Below, piece by piece: positions 37,101 to 49,100 of a stretch of DNA of 63,817 nt. The DNA comes from Phoronis australis (Eukaryota > Animalia > Phoronida). A program made the position numbers and the translations under genes. The DNA lies in contig NMRA01000177.1 in the NCBI GenBank assembly GCA_002633005.1, positions 387,942 to 451,758 on the forward strand, given 5' to 3'. Position 1 is the first letter of the stretch. Each line of letters starts with the position of its first letter. The notes beneath the pieces are model-generated. The model did no database searches and had not been told where the DNA came from. It worked only from the letters and a program-made list of their open reading frames with translations.

Positions 37101-40100
37101 AAGTTTATAGCTACTATAAACATATATTTATTCAATAACTAGGCCTCCGGCCCTTGTTACAATTAAATCATCAAATACAATAAAGGTAAGTGTTAAACAC
37201 TAAAAGTAAAACGAGCTCTTCTTCGCTTGAATGGGAAATGAATATATTTACATGTTGATGATATAAGATCTTTTTCCTCCATAGTAAGAGTCTGTTGAAT
37301 TTTGTAACACTGGGATTGTTGTACCTCCATGCAGGCAAATACCGTTAGCTAAGGTCACCGTAGAATGGACATTCGGTAACAAAATGATATTCTGACTCGA
37401 CACATGTCCTAACACAGAGAGGGCATACCCTTTCTGGTCTTCTAAGCTAGTCTTAATTACCGATTTAGTGTTGTTGCAGTTGTGTTTGTGTGATGTGGTG
37501 GGAGGGAATTTTACTTGTTCATGCTTAGAGGTGTTCCTACTTGTCAGACTAAGAACCAGCTTTTAGTCCCTTTTCTGGATATGTTATCTTGCTCATTTTT
37601 CTCACAAGAATTATTGAAAGAAACTTGTTTGTGCCGTGGACTTCCTAACTTACAATGCATTTGGGTCCAAAGGTTAGTGACCTCCTCCCCTGTGCAATGT
37701 ACCTGAATGACCTCGGCACCCTGTAACCCACAACAGTCCGGCTTTCCGCGTTTTTTTTTTGCCCCGTGACTTCTGTGACAAAAGAAAACCTCACATTTAG
37801 AATATTTTCTTGTTTTTCCAGTCTGGTGCTGTACCCCTGTTTAAACTGTTGGCGCGTGAGAATGGTTCGCGGCGTGACAAGCGCAGTATGTACTTGATCA
37901 CGCAGCTTATCGACTCATATGACATGTACGAGATTGTGTGCAAGTCCAAGTTCGAGTGCGATGACTGGATCGCGACGTTCAGGAACGCCATCATGAAGTG
38001 TCCGGAAGAGGAAGGTAGGGAGTCTGATCTAGGTGCACACTTATAGCTCCATCTAGTGTTAGGTCGTGGAACCTTTCTAGTCAATGCTGACAATTTTATG
38101 AACCGGGTCCTAACAGTGGAAAGCTTTTTTGTTTAATTAACCTCTTAATATATATTACGAAATGGAGTGTTATATTCTAATGGCAAAAGTAATCGCTGAA
38201 AATTTTTTGCCTTGTTAGAACAGTTTTGACATATTTTTATTTTTAGCAAGCTACTCTACATTTAAAATCGGTTGTCATAGTTTTTGTACGAAATTATTTT
38301 AGAATTGCTGGATTTAGTTGATAATTCACCTCCATTGCTGATTGTAGCGACTATTAGCAAAACTGCTTGTTATGACGCCTAAAACTGAAATAGATAATTG
38401 GCTACAGGGATTATTTTTGTTGTTGATTCAGATGAAGGTGTGCCTGATGAAGGAGATGACGAGCTGAGAAAGATCGCGGAAGCCAAATTTGCCAAACTAA
38501 AGGAATTAGTGGGTAAGTCGTGTGTATTGGTGATGCGTAACTTAGGACTGGGGATAAAAAATGGGGTATGCATTTTGCGAATTACTGTTGAGAGGTTGTT
38601 TTAATTCTTTGATTTATTTTTAAATACCGTTGTTGAATGACGGGAAATAGTAAAAACTTTACTGCCTTGTTGAAAGCATTCAGTTCGAGACGCTGTTTTT
38701 TCGTTTTTCATATGCATTGCGGTTCAGTTGTTATAACTTTGGAACATATGACCTGTTTTATAATGTGCGTTATAAGTGGTGAGATGTAGCTTCAGCGCGT
38801 TCGCGTTGGGGTGCCGCACGAATCTTTTCATGCAAGAGATTTGCTAATATGTAGCTTAATTTTATTATGCATTTTGACTCAGTCGTTCATTTTTGTGTGA
38901 TGGTTGTTTAGTCAAAAAGCATATTGGTGAAAACTCGTGCTTTAAATTCCAGTGCACTCAGTTGGCAAGCGATGTTTTAAGGCATGTTGTTTACATGTTA
39001 CCAAGTTATCTGTGATGTTACTGGGTATTTGCGAGCCGACAAACGTCGAAACAATGCATTTGTAAATGACAGCAGTGCCTTAGATGAAATTCCTGGCATT
39101 ATCAAGTGTTTGTATTTTTTTATTAGTTGTGAGAGGGCAATTTTGTCTCAAAGTGACAAGTCATCATATGTTAAGTGTGTCAGGGTGTTTCAAAAGATGC
39201 GTCTGATTTGAAACTGTGAAACTGCCATGTCTTTGCAACCACGAAGTGTTATTTAGATATCGTTTATGGAGAGGACATAGGGCATCTGTCACATGGCTGG
39301 TAACCATGGTAACTTATTCAAGTGTTAGTATCTTTTAGTGTAAACTTAACATGTTGTCAGCGTGAAATACTCTACTTCGATGGTACTGTATTTTTCAACC
39401 ACCCTGTAGTGTGGTATAATTTGTAATGAAGGAATTATTACATCCAAGGTGTTCCCACATGTGTACCTAATCACCTGCTGGCACTGGGCAGGCTTATTAC
39501 TCTGGCAGGTGTTCGACAGGTAGTGCCAATATCGTGTAACTATGGGTGATGACGTCATACCAGATGGGTGGTGATACATCTATGTATATATGTACTGGCT
39601 TGTTGTGTACAGTTGACGGATTGCAGTGTTCTGTCGTAGGTGTTTGCTTGTTTGTGACAAGTGCCAAGTGTACAGCCATGACCTCTGTTGTAGGCTTGCT
39701 GAGTCGCAAGGACGACGCCATTCAACAGTCATGTGACGAGAGGTTCAAAGTGATTCAGGATATGTGCGTGACACACGGTTACGATGGCATTTTGAAGGGG
39801 GTAGGTTGTAACAGTCTCACTTTCTATAAACCTATTACAGTTTGACCTGAAGTTGATTCTTTGAAAGTTACTGTTATTGTTAGTGTTATTACTGAGATTT
39901 ATCTGTTGTTTGAGTTCAGTGTAGGGCCCTGCGATTTGTATTTAATGATTTTTTGAGCTCATGTGAAACACTTACAGAGAGCTAATCTGCCTACAGTGAA
40001 TGATTCTAAAAGAAGCTTTCAAAATTTTGAATCACTTGTCACCCCCATTCCTGTGGGACCTTCTCACAATTTGCAGGACCCCATATAATTTAAGATCATC

Positions 40101-43100
40101 CAACAGGACAAACATTCCCCAGTGCAGAACCACTCGTTATGGTCTGCGATCTTTCAGAGCCTATAGCTCTAATTTATGGAACTCTTTACCAGAGGAGGCG
40201 AGATCGAGCCTACATCTGAAGACATTTGTGCAATTTGTAAATACATGGACTGAACCTCCCTACAAGTGTAGAGCCTGTGATTTCTTGTTTCTAACAATCT
40301 CTTCTATGGTGCTAATAGTATAGTTTTGTTAATCATGTATATAGTTTTTTAAATATCTGTTTTAATTTCATGTGTATTTATTTTATAACTTATTGTATTT
40401 ATTTGTCGGTAAACTAGCCTGTGGCTAATGTTTTCTTGTTTTACTTAAACCGACTATAAATAAATTGACTTGACTTGACTTGGTGGCCTCCCCAGTCAAT
40501 GAACACCATTATCTAATAGGGCCCAGAGTTATTGATTTATACGGATTCATTATTAATGCATTAGAGAGCCAGCCATTTGCTATCTATAAATGTTAAAGAT
40601 TATATAATAACACGTGCACAGTACGTCTGCTTTTCAGGCATTGCTTCTGCGAGTTATGTTTATGCCCCTATCAATAATAGTCACTTAAAGGGGTCCCGAA
40701 TTGTGAGAACGAGTTTCCTCTAGGGAATAATGAGCATGCAACTGGCCCCGAGACTCCTGTATGCGACTATTGTCCCTCTGTCTATGAATAGTATGCGTAG
40801 TGACTGACTTGAGCTTGCTGTTTGCCAGATTCATAGAAGTGAGGAGACACTGTGGCTCAGTGGTTAGAGCTCCAGACTCCAGCATAAGAGACCTGAGTTC
40901 AAATCCTAGCTTCTCTGGCTGCCAATCGAGCATTGCACAAAGGTGTCTCCTATTCCTCTGAGCTCGGTCTTACTGTGAATGTGTGCTAGGGAGTGAATGA
41001 GAACCTGTAGGGGACTATGCTGTATATTAGCCCTTGGCTAAAGCATGTTTCCTTTTTAAAGATAATAAATAAAAAGTAAAAAGTTAGAGAAAACATGATT
41101 TTTACTCGGTACGGTGTATGAATACACTCCGACCGAAATTATGAGGTGAAGCTGAGTGGAGATGAAAAGATTTAATAACTTTAAAGTTTCCATTAAATTA
41201 AACAGATTTATACAATCAAATAGGTTGAGCACCTGTATAATTATTCAAATCTCACACATGACATGCTGACATGCTTAGTATCACATTGCTATATGTTGTG
41301 ACTTATCAGCAACTCACTAGATGGAGCTACAAGCTTTACAGGCAAAAGTCAAGTGATCTTGTCAAGTAGTGCCGGTGGATTCCATTTGTGTGAATTTTTG
41401 TCCAGTCTTGACAGTTACCTGTATTTCCTGTGTATTACAGCTGAAGTCCATTTACAAGGACAGTGAGAACATGGGAGCTGTTCTTGACCCCCGTGACCTA
41501 CTGCAGGCAGTGGTCCAGGAAGGTAAGCGCAACAATGCCAGTCTTGAATCCTTGGGAATTTGAGCAGCTACTAAAAGATCATAGCACATCTTGCTTTCAC
41601 TGCAGTTTACTGTACCTCATGTTATCTTTATGTTCTTGATTTCATGACGGATTATTATTTTTTTTGTGATAAATGGGGGAGGGGGTAGAAAAGTTTGAGA
41701 ATTTGCCTGTTGCAAAATTGCGATTTAAGCCTGGACATCTAAGGAGGACATTTGGCGACTAAGGTATGGTGTCTAGCGTTGGTCCGATTCAGTTGTGTGG
41801 ACAACCAAATTTTAAGCCTTCTTCACCATGATTAGATGTCAAAGTAACGATTGCTCACAATATTTTTTATTAGAAGTGAAAAAGACAACATCAAGGGTTG
41901 CATTTGCAATCTACATGACTTTCTCCCTTGGATTTCTCTAGCATCTCGATTAGGGTGCCTTATCCAAAGTAACCCAGCCAACGTCTCGCTCAGCCGCAGC
42001 GCCAGTAGCGTGGGTGAACACGACAGTGGGCTACACATCGGGGACGAGCTGCCCAGGAGAGCCGAGACGTTTGCAGGCTTCGACAACGTGCCCAACGGGG
42101 CGGTTAAAAGAGGTAGGAGGGAGTCTGGCATCATTGGCGGATTTAGGAGCGCTAGGGGACATGAGCAACAAACTGCTGACTGCAATGTCATTGTATGGTT
42201 ATGTTGCATTTTTTTCCGGCTGTTGAAGCCCCCTCGCGACAGTGTTCTGATTTGTTTCTCTGGAGGCGGGATGGATTGTGCCTGCTGTGTGTTTAACGTC
42301 TGCGCTCGAATTTAATTGGTTAATGTTAGGTACCCCCTGCAGAGTTGAGCTGACTGGTGGTTCATTGGTTCAATCTAGTAATTTTATTTTCATGTGTATT
42401 CAAAAGCATTGCCTCATGATATTGAAATATTTATTGCGTGTAGACAAATTTAAGGGATTAATCCTGAATTTGCATAACGGGACTGCCCAGGCACACTGAT
42501 TGGTTTTCACAATTACATACCGTAAAGTTTCTAATCCAAGTCCAGGTGTTGGTTAAATTCAGATGGGCTCCAGAGCCGGCCTCTATTTGAGAGCGGTGTT
42601 TGGTGTTTAGAGACTTGGACTTAGTAAGCAAAAACCATAGCAACAATCTGTAAAAAGTCACCTTTACCAATCACCCACTCTAAGGCCGCAAATGTATCGT
42701 AGACCCTGCCAGTATTTGAGACCCGGCATTAACTAATTTCCAACTAAATTACTCCCTACTTCTATTCGAGACTAGCTTCTTCTATCAGGAACCTGGCTTA
42801 TATCAGGAGCTTTATGGTACTGTGATTGTATTTCAGTTTATGTGCTTTGTGCTGGCTTTCTCAGTTCATTGTAGGTTCAGTTGATGGTAGCTCTCGTTGG
42901 GATAAAAATTCTCCAATTTAGGAAAGCATCTAGAATTCGGGACACAGAAACTATTACAAATTGAATGTTCTTTTTCCTCGAATTTGGGCAATTTTGGCAT
43001 TCACCATAATTCTCAAGTTTCGAACAATGTGATTTCAATCTACAGAGTGGGTAATTTTGCCGTATTTCTGGTGATTCTTGAATTTGGGGCGGTCAATAGT

Positions 43101-46100
43101 GGTTATTTCTAGAGTTTGGGATAAGTTCGAACCTTAATTGGAGAAGTTTTATCGCACTCGGTTTGTATGTTGTCCGGTTGAGGGTTCAAGTTACTGGTGT
43201 ATGCTGGTTCTCTTTTGCCGTTGTTGTCAGTATGCGCATCATGACCAGTTGTGGGTTTAACGCTGCAGTGAGAAATCTTGGGTTAAGCAGCGGAATTTAT
43301 ATGTGCTCTGGGTGTTATGCACGTTCACTCCCAACCCTTCAGCATCTATATGTAAATGTCCAATCACATTTCGTGGCGGTCATGTGTGTATGCTAAATGT
43401 GATCGCGAGGTTTCTTGCCAAGCCTAAACAATGTTTTGCATTAAACTAATGTGACCTTGCTGAACTTGCATTATTGAATTTACCCCAGTGCCTTGCCTGC
43501 CCCATTTGCCGGTGTGAACCCTGCTGACCTTTGACCTATTAACCTTTGATCCTTTCTTAAATGCTGGCTGTTGTGATGATGTGTGGCTAGTGCTGACCTC
43601 AACTGTTTTCACCTTTCGTTTCACCCCGTAGCTGTAGCTCACCCCGTAGGTCGTCGTGGTAACGTGTGCACTATTTCACCTCTTGCCAGCCACCAGGTAT
43701 GCTTGCACAGTGCACGCTTGTCAGCTGACCATCCCAGTCAATCAGAGTCCACAAACGACATGAGCAGTGGAGCAACACGCTTGAAACCCCCTGATGTTTT
43801 CGCAGTGAACGAAAGTATGGGTAACGAAGAAGTGTGCGTTTTGCATAATTTGCATACAGCCTCGCCCAATAAAGATAGGAACCAGGCCTGCTATAATGCG
43901 CAGCCTTTAGAAGCTAGCGGCGTCAGCACGTTCGACATTGACTTGGGTACGAGTTCGCCAATGGACATTGCCAGTGGCGTGATTCAAGATATACTGGCTA
44001 CAATCACGTTTGAACACGAGACTTGTATCACAGGAGCATCGCGTGTTTCTCCAGGTGGTGTCCAGTCTGTTGAGGTCGTTGCTGGATACGTCGAGTCATT
44101 GAGTGGTGACGATGAGCACCCATCAGTCAAGTACCAGCGACCGAGCAGCTGCAGAAGTCGAACGGATGGCAATAAGAAGCCACTGAGGCGAAACTGCCGT
44201 GTGGTGTCTGACCTAGATATCGCTGCTGCCACTAATACGCTATGTGGGAAAGATTGTGTCGGTGTCCACGATCGCGTGGCATTACTGCAAATGGAAGCGG
44301 AAGAGTTCCCTGCCACAGACCACATGACGGATGCAGCGTGTGTGATTGCCAACCCTGGTGTTGACTCGCTACAGCCCCCCAGGAGTCCTTGTAATAGCTC
44401 GTCGTCAAGCTACGAAACGATGACCGAGGAAGACTTGCCATGTGGCGTGAAAATCGTTGAGTTTCTGCTAAAGGAGGCCAAGCCGACCGAGGAGCCGAAG
44501 CAGAGCGTGACGAATTTGAAGAAATTCCGGAAGAAAATTAAAGGGATTATGAGACACAACAGCGACTTGTCTGACCGTCGCCGGAAGGAGGTGAGGTTCC
44601 GTACTCAGCCCTGCAGCCTCCGTGGGACGGAGACACTGTCTGGGCTTGAGCCGTGGAATGTGGAGGCGTCTAGCAGCAGGGAGTCCATCAACGATGCGTG
44701 CGCCCGCACCACCTGTGAGGCGGCGTATCAAGCCGTAGGTTAGTTTGTTCACGTGCACTGCATGGGGTTTATCGAGGAAGCACCCGAGAGGGCGGGTCGG
44801 CACCCCCCGCTGGCGGCTATGACTAACCCAAACTTCTGTTGCTTCACTGTCTCCACTGTAGTTCATGAGATAACAAATTAACAGCCTGTGGTGAGTTGCC
44901 CAGTTTTGCACAATAACCACGTCCACACCCACACCCACAGCTAGCTACTGCCATAGTTTGATGTGCTCAAGTGTGCACAAGCTTGTTTTGGAGTTACCGA
45001 TATGTTGCTTTTTGGCTTTGTGTGCAGACTCCTGTTGGGCGTTGAATTATTATCTAATTGCAGCTGAGTAGTTTAACCATGAGCCAATACCGTAAGACAA
45101 GATACTGGCGAGTGAACGCCGTGAGCTGGCAAGCTTTGCTCGCAATAGGAGATAAGGTCCCGCAAAGATTTGTGAGATGTCTCCAAACTTGCAAGTAACT
45201 TATGTTACGGAACTGCTTTTGTCCAATTCATTCTCGACTTAGGCTTTTGCTAACGTTTGTTCTTTTTAAATATCATTTCCAGTTCTTGCGTTGCATGATA
45301 CACACAACTTGTATTGATTTCACCTTCATTACCCACTTATCCTTGATTCCACTGTTCTTCTTGTGTCTCTTCTTAATGTCTTGTCGGAACTTAAGTTATA
45401 ATAATTACCGTTGCTACAGCAACCTTTTAGATGAACTGCCTATAAATCAAACCTGTTAATTACTGATGATGTGATCTAACTGACTTGGAAAATTTATTTG
45501 CGAATTGTTAAAAATGCGTCAAGTATTCACGTGATTTCTTTTTATGCATTCCCAGCTGGCTCAACAAAGAAGCGTAATCTGCCAGAGATCCCGAGCGGTG
45601 AAGGCCAAGATGGCCGCAGCGCCTCGCTTCAGAACCTTCGTCAACAGGAGAGTGACACGGACTCCCTGCAGAGTCCCGACAGTGTGGACAAAGTGCGGGT
45701 AAGTTAGTCCTAGCTCGTTCGACTTTAGAAACATACTCGGGACTGAAGTGGATTGTTGTTGGATTGAATACGGGGATAGATCAAGTTGATGGGTATGGTG
45801 TGTTGGTGACGGTCTTCTGTAATGAGCATCATAACATGTTGAATATTATATTATTGGTGTATGTATATAACTTATTGTTTTATGCAAAATAATTTGTATT
45901 ATTCAATCTCATTTGTGCGAGTGATCGAATACTGTCCAATGAGAATTAATGTAACTTGTTGCCTTTAAATGTTGTGTGCCTAGAAAGTTTAGCAAATTGA
46001 GCGAACAAATAACATCGGTCTGATCAATGGTACTTAGCTGAGGCTAGAGGTCGTAATGTCTATAGAAGGCTGTTGGGTTTAATCCATGTAGTTTCGTAGT

Positions 46101-49100
46101 CAATCTATCCTTAATTCAGCACGCACACATGTATTTCATTTACACGTAGTTTACAAACCCGTAGTCACTGTGCAGAGACCCAGGTCTGGTACAACAGTGC
46201 GTGTACTGGTCGCTGATCAATTTAGTCATAGTTATTGCATTACGGCACGTCACGCACGTAACCACTATTTCTCGTGACCGGTCCGTCTCTACTTAACTTC
46301 AGCAGTTCTGGCCACGCGAGCGTCGGAGCAGCGGCGGTAGTACCAACAGCGGCCACGAGGGGGTGACGCGGACGTCGAGCACTGGCAGGGTGTGTCACTA
46401 AGTCTTGTGGCCTCGTAGTACAATAATGCACGCTGCCCTCTCTCTCTTTCCCTCTCTTATGTTTCGCTGATGCATATTTTAGCTGACCTTGCTGTGACGT
46501 GTATCAGTAAAGTTAGAATGAAGACAATAGAGTGTTTCTGTCCTTGACCCTGATAATGTCTATAGACCGAAATTTAATAGGAAACCATTGTTATTTCTGT
46601 GGTTTAAGTGATCAGATGTTTGTTCAATGGGCAGGATGGGGACATTGTTTCTGTGCCATTCCTCGTTTTGTGTCACCTTGTTTGTCACTCTTGAGTTGAC
46701 ATTGCTAACGAAATGCATTTTGTATTGAAGCACTCTGTTGGTTCCATTCAAACTTAATTTCATTTGTGTTGTGTTTTTGTATTTGATCGTTTTCTGAGAT
46801 CAGTGCTCTCGCCAGACAAGATATGTCTGCATCATTTCAACAATTCATAGGTTGGTGCTTTTCACTAACAAAAGTGGGTCTGAGTTGAGGGAATGACTCG
46901 TCGTAGCTTTGGGGCGAGCTTGGTCAATTGTCAACCAGTATTTCATGACCTTTAGCCTTTGATTTTGATTCATATGGACACACGATGATGTGTTGTTCTG
47001 TCTGTTTAACAATAAAAATTCTGCCATTAACTCTGAAGAAAATTTGTTTTTATGGCCGTCTGGTGGGAGCCTTTTGCAGTGTTGTTCATTTCCCTGTGAT
47101 TTATTAACTTTATTTTTTTCGCTTCTGGAGTTGTTTTTATTTTTTTTGTGTTCTAATTTTAAAGTTGGCTTGTGTGCTTCGTTTTGTTTTGATATCTATA
47201 TTTTCTTCAACTCCATATAATATGTTTATAATTGCATTCTTTTTATTGCCTGTCATTATTTTACTTTGTTTAGCTTTATTATTCACTCCTCTGTTAACAA
47301 GGCCTCATGTAGTATTGGCAAACTTGAATATTTAGCGTTTCCAAGAAACTTTTCCCTTGCTGGTGTCTTGGTCATCATTTTTCCTTTAAAACTGCTTTTG
47401 TAGTGTTAGTGCTGGTGTACCTTTGTCTCCCAACCACTAGAGGGAGCTAGTTATATCGATTAGTCTGCAAGATCATTTTTTTGGATTATCTCCTTAAAAA
47501 ATTCTTGAATTAGTGACAACGATATGCAAAACTCTTTCAGTGCTTTTTGAGACCGGAGAAGAATGATTCTTCGGTTGTCGCATTTTGCATGGCTTCATGT
47601 AATTGGCACATTTGATGTACATTTAAGTTGAATGTTCTTTCCTCCTTGAAAAATCCTGACAAATGAATCTCCTCTTTGATATCATGCCGTGCCCCAAGAT
47701 ATTAAATCTACCCTACCTGAGTAGGGCATTATTAGGTTATGTGCGGGTAGTGATGAAAATATGGGCATATAGGAGCTGTGAATGGTTTTTCCTTTCCTCT
47801 GGCATATGATACTTATGATTTTGTACCAGTTCTGGTCCGTAAGGTTGTTGTTGGCTTTTGATGTCTTCTACCAATTGCTTTGCATGTTGTTTTTGAAAGC
47901 TGCCAAAAGATGGCAGCAGTAGTCTAGCCCTAATATTGGTGCTGTTGTAAATTATTGTTGAAGTAGAGGTTTTGAATCTGGCTTGGTGCTAAAAAATCCT
48001 ATTGCATTTTTTCAAGATAGATATCTTGGTCAGAGAAAAAGTATTACTTTTATTGACTTGAATCTGATAATGGGATACAGGCCAAATGTAGGTTTGAGTC
48101 TGATAATGGGATACAGGCCAAATATACGTTTGAATCTGATAACGGGATACAGGCCAAATATACGTTTGCTTTGAACTTGGTCCTAACTTTGCAGGATGTC
48201 ACATTTGCTTCCTCAACTTACGATTTTCTTATTGCTGAATAGTTTTCAACAGTGCGTAGATTTCATAAACTAGAACCGTCAGTTCGTCTTGTCTGCAAAT
48301 TGATGTCATCGGAACACATCACGAGACTGTTTCTTATCTGTGCAGGACCACAACCGGGTCAGTCGACGGCCGAGCATTATCCACACTCTAACCAACCTCG
48401 TGGGAAAAGAGGACTCTGAGAGCCGCGCCACATCGGACAGGTCGAGCGACCGCGGTTCCGGCTACTTCATGGAACTTTCTACAGGCTCTTCATCGCTGCA
48501 AAGTCTAGTGGCTCCCTCTAGGGAGCAGATGGAGAGTCTGACTCAACTCACAAAGTACCTTCATGAGTTAGTGGTGAGTAATTGCCTGACCCCTCTCCTT
48601 AGACTTGACAAGAAGTGGACAAAATGGCACTGTCTTCTGTTTAGGGGATCAGAAACTTTTGTCCCGTGGAAGTTGTGATTGGGAGACCTCACAGCCGCCT
48701 AGATCCGCCAGAATCGACATACTCGAATGTAGTGTGGATTGGGTCTTTTTTTCATTAACCCAAATGTGCGGCCAACTAAAATACATGTAGCCACTACACA
48801 TACCACCAGATGGCAGCTGGAGTCCTGCCAGGCTGTGGCATAAGTTTTGTTTTGATAATTAAAAAAATTGACAGCAAACTGCGCTTGCATTTTGTAAATC
48901 TAATACATTCGCGAAGCACTTGCGTCGAAAAGTTTTTATCTATAGAACAGAAATCATGAATTCTATCCCATAATTCAACATTCCAACCTCATCGACCAAT
49001 CACTTCACTGTCTGATGTTTTATTGCTAGGGCGTGTCGGTAAGGTCTATACCGGCGCAACATTCGCCTTCCACACTCTCGTGATTTCCTGTGCTCTTTTT

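Noticed and set aside
40000-40323. Host protein-coding gene
   Set aside because: Matches the C-terminus of non-LTR retrotransposon ORF2 and is followed by a LINE-type tail
40850-40925. Functional tRNA gene
   Set aside because: A and B boxes are present but I could not build a convincing cloverleaf, and it continues into a body and A-rich tail like a SINE
43583-44743. Independent single-exon 386-aa gene
   Set aside because: Starts at a non-ATG codon and is bounded by in-phase splice sites of the host gene; better explained as a cassette exon
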